From assembly GCA_038143065.1 (NCBI GenBank), contig JAYQLI010000035.1, positions 1,280,894 through 1,344,893 on the forward strand: DNA of 64,000 nucleotides. The letters are read 5' to 3'. The translations under genes were made by a program, and so were the position numbers. Positions 10,556-21,087 of the stretch are shown here, in pieces. Each line of letters begins with the position of its first letter. Position 1 is the stretch's first letter. A model generated the notes under the pieces. That model saw only the letters and a program-made list of their open reading frames with translations, was not told the origin of the DNA and did no database searches. This stretch comes from Rhodospirillales bacterium (GTDB taxonomy: Bacteria; Pseudomonadota; Alphaproteobacteria; Bin95).

Positions 10556-11344
10556 ATGACAGAGAAACTAAAATTTGAAGTCCGAGACGATAAGGTTGCT
10601 GTGATTACTTTTAATAATCCAGAAAAATTAAATGCATTCTCAATTGAAATGCTAGAAGCATATATTGATCGCCTGCGGGAGTGTGGCGATCGTGATGACA
10701 TCCGCTGCGTAGTTATTACGGGCGAAGGCCGAGGCTTTTGCTCTGGTGGGGATACCGGCGGAATGGGTGGTGCACAGACTACAGTAACAGCGGTTAAGTC
10801 TGGTCTTTGGGATAGAATTCAAAAAATCTCACAAGAGATACAAAACCTCGACAAACCAGTTCTCGCTGCAGTGAACGGTGTTGCAGTAGGAGCTGGAATG
10901 GATATGGCCCTACACTGCGATATTAGATATGCCGCAAAAAGTGCACGCTTTGCTGAGACCTATGTCAGGATGGGTCTAGTACCAGGAAATGGGGCATGTT
11001 GGTTTTTACCACGAATTATCGGCGTCCAAAAAGCTTTAGAACTTCTTTGGACTTCAAAATTTGTTGATGCCGAAGAAGCTAAAAATATTGGTCTTGTCCT
11101 AGACGTTTTCGACGATGATCAGCTTCTTGATAGAGTATTGGAGATTGCTTCTGGCATCGCAGCTGGCGCACCAATATCTGTGCGCTTGATAAAGAGGTTG
11201 GTGTACCAAAATCAAAACATGGATCTTCGCTCAAGCTTAGACATGGTGTCGTCGCACATGACCTTAGCTCGTATGTCTGAAGATCATGTTGAGGCAATTT
11301 CTGCTTGGCGTGAGAAACGCCCAGGAGACTTTAAAGGCTACTGA
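10556..11344 (+). CDS. Enoyl-CoA hydratase/isomerase family protein
   Basis: NPEKLNA, FCSGGD and AVNGVAVGAG motifs. Confidence 0.9.
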   Translation: MTEKLKFEVRDDKVAVITFNNPEKLNAFSIEMLEAYIDRLRECGDRDDIRCVVITGEGRGFCSGGDTGGMGGAQTTVTAVKSGLWDRIQKISQEIQNLDKPVLAAVNGVAVGAGMDMALHCDIRYAAKSARFAETYVRMGLVPGNGACWFLPRIIGVQKALELLWTSKFVDAEEAKNIGLVLDVFDDDQLLDRVLEIASGIAAGAPISVRLIKRLVYQNQNMDLRSSLDMVSSHMTLARMSEDHVEAISAWREKRPGDFKGY

Positions 11345-11365
11345 TTATCCTCAATGTTAGATATT

Positions 11366-11400
11366 TAAATCCCCTCGGCATCATGAGCCGAGGGGATTTA
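11366..11400. terminator. Probable bidirectional terminator
   Basis: Perfect 14-bp inverted repeat TAAATCCCCTCGGC/GCCGAGGGGATTTA between convergent genes. Confidence 0.75.
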
Positions 11401-11481
11401 GCTGGTGTTTACCCATCTCTCCAAGCACCCAACTTCAAGTTAAAATCTTGGCACGTTAGGTGCGGGTTAATAGAATATTTT

Positions 11482-12421
11482 CTAAAGAGCAGGAGCAATT
11501 ATTTCCGCAAAACGCGCCAGATTACGAGTTTGCTCTTCCGCATCAGCGCCTCTGTATCGGATTATAATTTTCTCAAACCCCGCATCTATGACTGATTTAA
11601 GATCATCAATGATATCTGCTTCGGACCCAGAACCCATATCACGACCTCCAAAGGGTCCCTGCTTTGCTTCCCCAGGGCTTAAGAAAAGTTTGTATACGAG
11701 TTGAATATCACTGAAATTTCTACCTTCGGCTTCAGAAATACCTCTCAAAGCTGCAAGCCTTTCAGGCATTTCCTCCCGACCAAGTGCCGTCGCAAGCCAG
11801 CCATCGCCACGCCTAACTATCCGCCTGAGCGCTGGATCTGAAACTCCTCCTATGAGGATTGGAGGATGTGGTTTTGGAAGGAACCAGGAACCGACTGAAC
11901 TGGATCAAATCGATAGGTCTGCCCTTCAAAACCAATCTTTCCCCTTCGCACATAGCCTTGAATATATCTAAATACTCGTCTGTAGCTTTACCACGTAGCT
12001 TAAAATCAGGTGTCTGAAGGGCTTCAAATTCCTCTCGCAGCCAGCCTACACCAGCTCCTAACACAATCCTTCCGCCAGAAAATTGATCCAGCGTAATAAG
12101 CATGCGAGCGGTTAGTACTGGGTTTCGATAGGGAATAATTAGAACTGCTGTTCCCAATTTTATCTTGGAGGTGGCTCCAACAAGAACCCCCATAACAGCC
12201 AATGGTTCGAAGAGGGGGTCGTTGGTTGGCGCTGGAAAATTACCGGTAGCACTAAAAGGATATTTCGACTCAAATGAGGCTGGAAAAGCTACATGATCAG
12301 CCAGCCAAATAGAGTCAAAACCAACATCTTCAGCAAAATGAGCCAGACCTATCACCGTTTCTGGATCTGCCAATGGTCCATAGATACCCACGTCTAACCC
12401 GAACATATTCAAATCAGCCAT
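11482..12421 (-). CDS. LLM-class probable F420-dependent oxidoreductase (frameshifts ~11830-11945)
   Basis: GFDSIWLADH, GTAVLIIPYRNP and SGGRIVLGAGVGW motifs; C-terminus continues in ORF 11482-11769. Confidence 0.85.
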
Positions 12422-12539
12422 GACAATATCTCCTTATGATCTGAAGATTAGAAATATAATTTGAAAACACAGGGTCTTCACGTACGAGTTTCCATCGTTA
12501 AGCTCTTTAATAGAATAACACTAGGAGCTGTCGGCAACT

Positions 12540-14827
12540 ATGACCCGTCCACTTGAAGGTATCACCATTCTTGATCTGTCTACTGGTAATGCCGGAGCAT
12601 TCGCCACAATGCTCCTATCTGATTGCGGTGCGAGAGTTTTACGAGCTGTTGGTAAGGCCAATCCCCTTTTTAGGGATGGCGGGTTTGTAATTTGGGATCG
12701 TGGCAAAGAAGCAATTGATCTAGACATTGATGCTCCTGGTGCCAAAGAAAAGATCGAAGCGTTGCTTGCTGAGGTAGATGTTCTAATCGAAGACTTTGCC
12801 CCTTCATCTCAACGCCAATTATTAGTGGATCGGGAGAGGATAAAGGCTCTAAACCCACGCATAGTGGCCTGTGCCATTACTGCTTACGGTCGTCATGGTC
12901 CATTAAAGGACGACTTGCCTATAGATGATCTTATTCTGGCTCGCTCTGGCGTACTGGGAGGGATGCCTGGGTTTCGAGAAGCGCCAATCCACACCGTACA
13001 CCCTCTCCCAAGTGTTGGAGCTGCTATTTTTGCATGTATTGGTGTTGCAGCCAGTCTACTTGCACGCGAAGAAACTGGCCGTGGGAGAATGGTTGAGACC
13101 TCATTACTGGCGGGCGCACTACTTTATCACCCCAAGGTTGAAGGCGAAGGCATAGCAAAGCATGTATTCCAAACCCACCCATCAGGATCTGCACCTTTCT
13201 ACAGTGTTTACGAGTGCCAAGATGGAAATTACATCCAACTCGGCTGTGTCCATGAAGGCTTCATAGCTCGCTGTGCCCACCTCATGGGGATTTCCGATTA
13301 CGTGAAGGAGCCCCGCTTCCTTCAGGGTCGAGGCGGAGCTACTCCTGAAGATGAGCAGGAAATGCGAGACTGCCTGACAGAAATAATGAAAACTCGAAAA
13401 GCAGATGAGTGGGCTGCTGCCCTGGAGGAGGCTGATGTTCCCTTTGCTCCGGCGAGACACGCGGAAGAAGGACTAGAGGACCCACAGGTCATTCACAACG
13501 GCATGGTAAAAACGCTTGAGGATCCTGACCAAGGCTCCGTAGTTCAGATGGGGACTCCAATTATATTTACCAAGACCGCTGTATCCCCCAAGGACCAAGG
13601 GCAGCCCATATTTCAGAAGCTCCTAGTGCAAAACGAACCACAAATAGTGTGATTACATCCGAGACTGTAGATCCCCCTCCCCTTCAAGGAGTTCGCATTT
13701 TGGAGATCACAAATCTAATAGCCGGACCAACTTGCGGCAGATTATTAGCTGACCTTGGGGCTGATGTGATAAAGTTAGAGCCTCCTGGGGGCGATATATC
13801 TAGACCAATAGGGCGAACATATTTCTATAACGTTAACTTTAACAAACGTTCTATTTGCTTTGATGCTTCAAAACCTGGAGCAAAGGCAGCAATCCAAAAA
13901 ATTGCAGCTACGTGTGATGCCGTGCTCGCAAATCTCAGACCAGGCGCCACCGAGCGCATGGGCTTAGGTCCAAGCGTAAACCCAAATTTAATAGAAATGC
14001 ATATTACAGGCTACGGATGGACAGGCCCATATTCAAAACGACCTGGCATCGATCCTTTGGCTCAGGCACTGATGGGGCTTCAACGCGCTCAAGGTGGCCC
14101 CGATAACCCACCGTCTTTCCCTGCTCAACTTGCTCCCACTGACTATACTACTGGAGCTCTTGGTGCCTTTGGCATGGTCACAGCGCTTTATCACTTAAAG
14201 CGAACTGGGGAACCACAGAGGATTGAAAGCAATCTTCTGAACGGGGGCGTTGTGCTATCATCCGCATGGTTTAGTCGCTATCGAGACAAACCTAAAAGAC
14301 CTTTAGCCGATCAACAACAATTTGGTCTTAATGCATATCATCGTCTCTACAAGACAAGTGATGGATGGATATATACTGCGGCTGATACTGAAGATCAGCG
14401 CATTGCATTGAAAAAATTCCTGGATCTTGTGAATTCAGATGATCAAGGGTTACAGCACCCAGCACGTTCACCATTTGCTGAGGCTGCTTCAGAACAATTT
14501 AAAACTATGACCACAAATTTAGCTCTACAAAGTCTCAAAAAAGCGGGCATACCTGCCGCTGAAGCACAGCCAGGTGACAGCCAATATTTTCTTCAAGACC
14601 AAAATTCTCATGACAATAATTTTGTGTGTGAACGCATCCACCCCAAAGTCGGCAAGATGCAAACTGCTTGGAATTATATACAGTTCAGTCAGACGGGTCT
14701 TACGGCTGGTAAACCCACTCCTCTGCTTGGAGAGCAAACAGCAGAAGTGCTTGCAGAGGCTGGTTTGGATCAAAGTGATATCAAAAATCTATTCATGTCG
14801 GGTGCCGCAATAGCAGAGGAGCCTTGA
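12540..14827 (+). CDS. Fused two-domain class III (CaiB/BaiF) CoA-transferase (frameshift near 13590)
   Basis: Two CoA_transf_3-type halves (RPLEGITILDLS; PLQGVRILEITNLIAGP); the frame of the second half is open back to ~13590, giving a linker. Confidence 0.8.
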
Positions 14828-14879
14828 TGAGACCTATTTTCAATGCAAAGCTCTGCTATCAGTATTTAAGGAGTCCAGT

Positions 14880-15497
14880 GTGGCAGATCCGTTAACTCTT
14901 GAAATCTTCACGGACTATGTTTGACCGTGGTGTTATCTCAGCACCGGGCGTGTTGAAAAACTCAAAGAGACCTTTGACATTCAAGTGAAGTGGGTACATT
15001 TCCCCCTCCACCCTGAAACACCGATGGAAGGCCGTTCATTAAAAGACCTTTTTGCCGGGCGCGATTACGATCCAGAGAAAATGTACCAGCAAATGAAAGT
15101 ACGTATGGATCAGGAGGGCCTCCCCTACGGCAAGCGCACTCACACCTACAATAGCAGGCTAGCTCAAGAATTGGGCGTTTGGGCTGACACACAAGTTGAC
15201 GGCGAAAAACTGCATGACCTCCTCTATCGAGCTTATTTCGTACATTCAAAAAATATTGGTGACATCAACGTACTAATAGATCTTGTTGCGGAGGCTGGCC
15301 TAGACGTTGGAGATGCAAAAAAAGCTCTTGAAGCTCGCAGCTTTAAAGAAGTTGTTGATGCTGACTGGAATAAATCAAAACAATATGGGGTAACTGGTGT
15401 ACCTACATTTGTAGCGAGCGGCTACGGAGTTGTTGGCGCTCAACCTTATGAAACCTTAGAAGCATTGTTAGATAAAGTAGGTGCGGTAAGACGATAG
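14880..15497 (+). CDS. DsbA/FrnE-family thiol oxidoreductase selenoprotein (UxxC)
   Basis: AAGGAG RBS at 14868-14873 and GTG at 14880; reads ...EIFTDYV-TGA(14922)-PWCYL in frame with ORF 14985-15497, which has GVTGVPTF and GAQPYE. Confidence 0.88.
14938..14956 (+). promoter_or_regulatory. Bacterial SECIS-like hairpin
   Basis: TCAGCAC-CGGGC-GTGTTGA: 7-bp stem with one G-U pair and a G-rich loop starting 20 nt after the UGA. Confidence 0.7.
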
Positions 15498-15592
15498 GTA
15501 GAGAGCGGTTAGTTAAAACCGCGATCGCTGAGGATATCAAATTCGTCAAATTGCAACCAACCCATCAATGACCCCTGGGGCCATTTTCGTTC

Positions 15593-16438
15593 TCAAGAAT
15601 CTGCCTTCTTGAGGCCGTCATGTCTCAAACAGAAGTCCCTCAGCTGCTCGCAGCAGACCGCCGGAAATAGCAATTGGACCATGTGATAGTTCGTCGGGAG
15701 TTTCCGCATCGAGAAATCGGAGAGGCTGTTTCGCAAAAGTCTTTCTTGAGATTTTGACGTGATCTGACCCTCTCCCGGGTAGAGACCCAAGACCGGGACT
15801 TTTACGTCTTTCAGAATATCCGTAACGTTGGCTTGGTTGACAATGCCTGACATCCGGACCTGGAGGTCTGGATCGCCTTTGGAGAATTCGTTGACATACC
15901 ATTCATACAGACCGGGATTTTCATCAGCTGGCAAGCGAGTGATTTTGGTGGTTTCCGAAACCCACTTACGGATTCCAAGTTTTTCCATAGCCTCGATCCG
16001 AGAAGCATAGCCAAGAGCATAGCGCTCCTTCATTTCTTCTTCGATGAATACCGGTGTCGATACCAACGTTAGCGTCTTGATCAGTGATGGGTGCTGCGCA
16101 GCCAGAAGCAGTCCCAAGATACCACCCATTGATTCGCCACAGAAATGGACCTTATAAACCCCTAATGCACCGATGACTTTGAGCAAATCTTCGATAAGGC
16201 TTTCAACGCTGAGGTCGACAGCTGATCCATCAGCGAAAATGGACTTTCCCAACCCTCGCATGTCAGGTCGTACGATCCGGAAATCCCTGCTCAGATAAGG
16301 CACCCACTGATACCAAAACTGGGCGTTTCGTCCATTACCGTGCAACAAAATTAAAACCGGGCGGCGTTCCCAAGGGTCAGTGTGATCGTCGACCTCATAA
16401 TTGAGGGGGGTCCCATCATTTGCTTGGATCATAGGCAT
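15593..16438 (-). CDS. Alpha/beta hydrolase
   Basis: LLHGNG, PDMRGLGKS and GESMGG nucleophile elbow. Confidence 0.85.
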   Translation of the reverse strand: MPMIQANDGTPLNYEVDDHTDPWERRPVLILLHGNGRNAQFWYQWVPYLSRDFRIVRPDMRGLGKSIFADGSAVDLSVESLIEDLLKVIGALGVYKVHFCGESMGGILGLLLAAQHPSLIKTLTLVSTPVFIEEEMKERYALGYASRIEAMEKLGIRKWVSETTKITRLPADENPGLYEWYVNEFSKGDPDLQVRMSGIVNQANVTDILKDVKVPVLGLYPGEGQITSKSQERLLRNSLSDFSMRKLPTNYHMVQLLFPAVCCEQLRDFCLRHDGLKKADS

Positions 16439-16687
16439 AGCTGTTGACCCTTTTATTCGGGTGGTGCGCCAGCGTCGATCACCGGAACAGCCAGCGAAGG
16501 TCGATAAGCGTCTGTAAAAGGCCCGCCGGCGACTATAGATTTAGTATATCCACCAATCCCAAGATAAACGCGACAGCTGCAATTTTGAGGGAGCTGATCC
16601 TCCGCCAGTCCCCTTTGGCCTGGATTTATATCAACAGAATGAAGAAGGTGATCCGCGCAATAAAGACCCCGGCAAATCGCTGTGGGC

Positions 16688-17920
16688 CTATCCATGTTTC
16701 TCATTTTCAACTTTCTTTAGATTGCTTTGTCCGTTTCGCATTCCGAGTACCAGCGCACCAACACCCACCAACACACATGCACTTAATGTTAAGAAGGCTA
16801 AGCCCCACGCGAAAGGATCAAACCTTCCACCGCCAATATCGAGCATAAATCCAAAGAGTACTGGACCAATTAAACTACCCAAGGCATTAGCAAACGCCAT
16901 CAAAGTTACTGCTGCGCCGCGCCTACCGGTTTTCGCTACCTCAGCAGCTCCGCCATTTAGAGCACCTGAGTCCGCAAGGACAAAAATATTATGCATCAAA
17001 ACTAGAAAAACAAATAACCAGAGCGGGCCTTCAATCGCAAAACCAACAGCCCCACATGCCAATGCCGACAACGCCATTGCTACTGCAGAGGCATATGCAA
17101 ATCCCTTTCTATGGCCAAGTTCACCACCAACCATACTACAAGGCATGCCAATCAATACTAGAACGGTGGCAATGACTAGTATGGTTTCATGATCTAACCA
17201 CGACCATCGCTCACTTACGACTACGAGCATGACAACGGTCCAACCACGAACAGCCAATAACTCCACGGTATGCATAGTTGCGGCAATTATAAAACCACGC
17301 ATTCGTGGATCCAAAAACTCGTCTCTGAAGTCGAAAAGTGCTCTCCTTGGACCACTGGCAACTTCAGGCTCTGATGTTTTCAAAAAGGTGAATATCAGAA
17401 AGAAAGCAAAGGCGTTTGTTACCGTTGGCAAAATAAAAGCTGCACGCCAGCCAAAAGAGTCTGCGAGGAGACCCGCTATTATAATTGAAAAGCTAGTAGT
17501 TGTTGCGAAACTAGAAACATAGATAGAAGCACCTCGCCCTCTTTGTTCTGGAGACACGCGATCAGTAATAGCTTTAACACCTGGCATATATGTAAAAGCA
17601 AAACCAATACCTTGAAGCACCCGAAAAGCTACAGCACTCCAAAGCCCATCCGCGAGCAACGCAAAGCCTAAGTACCCAATCACATTAAAAAGTGTTCCCG
17701 CAAGCAATAGACGCTTTGCGTCTATCCTCTCCGAAAAAGCAATGATTGGCACCGCCGCCACATAAGCAAGGTATTGAGAGCTATTAAGCCAACCAGCTTC
17801 AGTATTTGTTAGGCTCCAAATTTCAATGAATGTTGGCAACAGTGCCGCCATAGCATGCAGGCCTGACAATGTCAGACCAAGATAGATACACATCAAAACT
17901 AGAAGGTGGCTGAAAGACAT
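16688..17920 (-). CDS. MFS transporter
   Basis: About 12 hydrophobic segments; motif A-like SERIDAKR. Confidence 0.85.
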   Translation of the reverse strand: MSFSHLLVLMCIYLGLTLSGLHAMAALLPTFIEIWSLTNTEAGWLNSSQYLAYVAAVPIIAFSERIDAKRLLLAGTLFNVIGYLGFALLADGLWSAVAFRVLQGIGFAFTYMPGVKAITDRVSPEQRGRGASIYVSSFATTTSFSIIIAGLLADSFGWRAAFILPTVTNAFAFFLIFTFLKTSEPEVASGPRRALFDFRDEFLDPRMRGFIIAATMHTVELLAVRGWTVVMLVVVSERWSWLDHETILVIATVLVLIGMPCSMVGGELGHRKGFAYASAVAMALSALACGAVGFAIEGPLWLFVFLVLMHNIFVLADSGALNGGAAEVAKTGRRGAAVTLMAFANALGSLIGPVLFGFMLDIGGGRFDPFAWGLAFLTLSACVLVGVGALVLGMRNGQSNLKKVENEKHG

Positions 17921-17951
17921 TTAAGGCGAGAAAAATTCTTAGTTCAAATTG

Positions 17952-19103
17952 CTAAAATAAAATTTTACTTGCTATCTCAGCACCCTTAGCCATTGAACGG
18001 AATTTCGACCAAACAACACTTGGGGCAACACGCCCTAAACCAGCAGAAGTATCGAAACCACAATCAGTACAAGCTATCACTCGCCCCGGATCGCCTATTG
18101 CTCTAGCTACATTTTCTAATCTGTCCGCAACGACCTGTTCGTGCTCAACAAAGTTGGTGAGAGTATCAATCACCCCCGCAGCTATGAACTGATTATCTTT
18201 TGGCGGGCTATCCCTCAGCACTCGCCATTCGTGAGCATGCCTGGGATTGGCAAATGGCAAAACAAAACCACCAACAGGTGCTTGCTTTACGATGTGCCAA
18301 AAGTCACCAAGAGGTGTGTCGTGATCATGGGGTGATTCTACATTACCCCAACATAGGTGCAGACGTATCCGATCTGACGGCAAACCCTCTATAGCCTGAG
18401 CGATGGCATGTATAGCTCGCTCAACAAACTCAAGGAATTCCTTAGGACGTCCATTATAGGTTAAATGGCCTTCTAAACCGAGCTCGGGACAATCCAATTG
18501 AAGATCATGACCATGAGCAAGAATGATTTCGTATTCGACTCTCAGTGCCTTAGCAAGATCGGCCAAATAAGCCTCTTCATTATCATAGAACTCGTTCTTC
18601 ATTGCTGCACAGACAATGCCAGGTGAAGGCGCAGTTAGAAAAGTTCGAGTAAACTCATAATTCTTACTTTTGAGAGCTTCATCAAAATCTGAACACTCTT
18701 GCTCACATGCTTCCGGTTTCGCATGAGAAATTGCTCCGATAGCCTTTGGCGGCTCCATATTTGAAACGACAGGTCGAAGTGATGCCTGCTCTTTCATCAT
18801 CTCAGCAAAGTCCGGATGACTGATCAGTTCTGCCCTCGGGGGGCGTGTCCAACGGCCACCAAGACCTGTCAGACGATGTCGAAGATAAAGAAAAAACGCC
18901 TCTCGTTGTTGTTCACCATTGTTGGCAATATCTACTCCATTTTCCGACTGCTGCTCTAAAACATGAAAAAGAGCATCGCGCCCCGCCTAATTTAACTCTG
19001 CAGTATTAACCTCGCCACCTTGGGCACTTCTGGCATAAAGGCCTGTAAGCGCCAACGGACGAGGCAGGCTGCCTGCATGTGTGGTCAAGATACGGTCCAA
19101 CAT
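17952..19103 (-). CDS. Cobalamin-independent methionine synthase II (MetE C-terminal-like) family protein, with in-frame TAG at codon 39
   Basis: MLDRILTTHAGSLPRP start at 19103; NNGEQ, LQLDCP, RLHLCWGN and TDCGF motifs; one frame throughout apart from TAG at 18987-18989. Confidence 0.85.
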
Positions 19104-19353
19104 AAAAAAATCTCCAAAACACTCGTAATGAAATTATAGAATTTATTTTTGGTAACACAGAAGTGTTTTTGAAAAGCGTAGTCTTTAACTAATCAATATC
19201 AGAATTGTTTCTTAAAGTTGGTATAATAGCATCTCTATCGTGCAGTGGAGAGGCAAGAAGTGAGGAAGTTGAGCCTTTGGGTTTGACAACACAATCAAAA
19301 CGCGCCCTCCTAGCGACTGAGGGAAAAACGAAACCTTTAAAGTAGAGATGTAA

Positions 19354-20112
19354 ATGTCCGATATTTCAAAAATCGCTATAGTTACTGGGGCAGGATCAGG
19401 TATTGGCCGAGCGTCCGCATTGGCACTTCTTGCCAATGGCTGGTCGGTAGTTTTGGCTGGCCGGCGAGAAGAAGCTCTAGCCGAAACTATGTCTGAGGCT
19501 GGTCCAATGAGCGCAAAGGCGCTGCCAATAGCGACGGATGTAACAGACCCTGATTCAGTAAAGGACCTTTTTAACGCGGTTAAGACAAAATTTGGACGAC
19601 TGGACTTTTTATTTAATAATGCGGGAGGCGGCTCACCTCCAGACCCGTTTGAGGAAATCTCTTTAGAAACTTGGCAACGTGTATTGAATGTAAACCTCAC
19701 TGGTCCATTCTTATGCTCTCAGGAAGCTTTCCGGATCATGAAGGATCAAAGTCCTAGAGGCGGCAGGATTGTTAACAACGGTTCAATCTCTGCTCATGTT
19801 CCACGTCCTTTTTCAGCTCCATACACCTCCACTAAACACGCCATTACTGGCCTGACGAAAGCCACGTCCTTAGATGGTCGCGCTTATGATATTTGTGTGG
19901 GCCAGATAGACATTGGAAATGCTGCAACACCAATGACCCAGAGGATGCAAACTGGAGTACTTCAACCTGACGGCACAACACGTATCGAAGCCACTATGGA
20001 CGTTAAGGCTGTAGCAGATGCAATTGTCTATATGGCCAACCTTCCATTAGACGCCAACGTTCATACAATGACAGTTATGGCTAGCAAAATGCCATATGTT
20101 GGTCGCGGCTAA
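19354..20112 (+). CDS. Short-chain dehydrogenase/reductase
   Basis: [13 protein letters not shown] and YTSTK motifs. Confidence 0.9.
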   Translation: MSDISKIAIVTGAGSGIGRASALALLANGWSVVLAGRREEALAETMSEAGPMSAKALPIATDVTDPDSVKDLFNAVKTKFGRLDFLFNNAGGGSPPDPFEEISLETWQRVLNVNLTGPFLCSQEAFRIMKDQSPRGGRIVNNGSISAHVPRPFSAPYTSTKHAITGLTKATSLDGRAYDICVGQIDIGNAATPMTQRMQTGVLQPDGTTRIEATMDVKAVADAIVYMANLPLDANVHTMTVMASKMPYVGRG

Positions 20113-20127
20113 AAGAAAGCCAAAGGA

Positions 20128-21072
20128 ATGAATGAAACAAAAGACCCGGGCACGTCTCGAGCGCTTTGGTATACCGGTGCACCACTTGACCGATTATCTC
20201 ACAGGCGAGCCGATGACGGCTGGATGAATAATAAGCTTTATGATCCACAAAGTCGGATAGTTGCAGTTTGGCGAGATAAAAGCCTGGTTCACAATGAAAA
20301 AGAAGGTGCCTTTTTGCCTACAGTGGGTGAGGCCAAGGAACTTCTAGATACTGGACGCTTCCATAGCTTTTTGGGCGTGAAAGAGGGAATTGCATATTTT
20401 GGGATTGATTTATCCCATCATGAGGATCCGTATCAGGCACATCCACACATTGATAATAATGGCACGTTTGAAGATCTTCGTGCCGTTGGCCCATCTCTAG
20501 AACAGCATGAAGGATCAATACTAGCGCACGCCCGAGGGCTAATGTTTTGGCATAAGCGCAATGGTTATTGCGGCGTATGCGGTGCTGAAACCCAACCTGA
20601 AAAAGCTGGCAGTCAACGCCGATGTACTAATGTGGACTGCAACACAGAACACTTTCCGCGCACTGATCCAGCTGTGATTATGCTTGTTTATAAGGGCGAT
20701 AAATGTCTCCTAGGGCGCACCCGTAATTTTATTCCCCAAATGTACTCAACCCTTGCAGGCTTTGTAGAACCTGGTGAGAGCCTGGAAGAGGCGGTTGCGC
20801 GAGAAGTATTAGAAGAAACGGCTGTGATCGTAGACCCAGCAAAGGTTCGCTATTGGGCGTCCCAGCCTTGGCCCTTCCCTGCATCTCTTATGTTGGGCTT
20901 CCACGCTGAAGCTGACAGTGAAGAAATAATGGTGGACGAAGAGGAACTTGAGGAAGCACGCTGGATTCATAAAAGCCAACTTAGTCACTTAGAAGATTTT
21001 GATATGCGGTTGCCACGTCGTGACTCAATTGCATACAGACTCATCGTCTCTTGGATGAATGGTGAGGCCTAA
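20128..21072 (+). CDS. nudC: NAD(+) diphosphatase / NAD-cap decapping Nudix hydrolase
   Basis: Zn ribbon CGVCG..RRC, FPRTDPAVI, Nudix box and SQPWPFP. Confidence 0.93.
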   Translation: MNETKDPGTSRALWYTGAPLDRLSHRRADDGWMNNKLYDPQSRIVAVWRDKSLVHNEKEGAFLPTVGEAKELLDTGRFHSFLGVKEGIAYFGIDLSHHEDPYQAHPHIDNNGTFEDLRAVGPSLEQHEGSILAHARGLMFWHKRNGYCGVCGAETQPEKAGSQRRCTNVDCNTEHFPRTDPAVIMLVYKGDKCLLGRTRNFIPQMYSTLAGFVEPGESLEEAVAREVLEETAVIVDPAKVRYWASQPWPFPASLMLGFHAEADSEEIMVDEEELEEARWIHKSQLSHLEDFDMRLPRRDSIAYRLIVSWMNGEA

Positions 21073-21087
21073 AAAAAGGACTAATTC

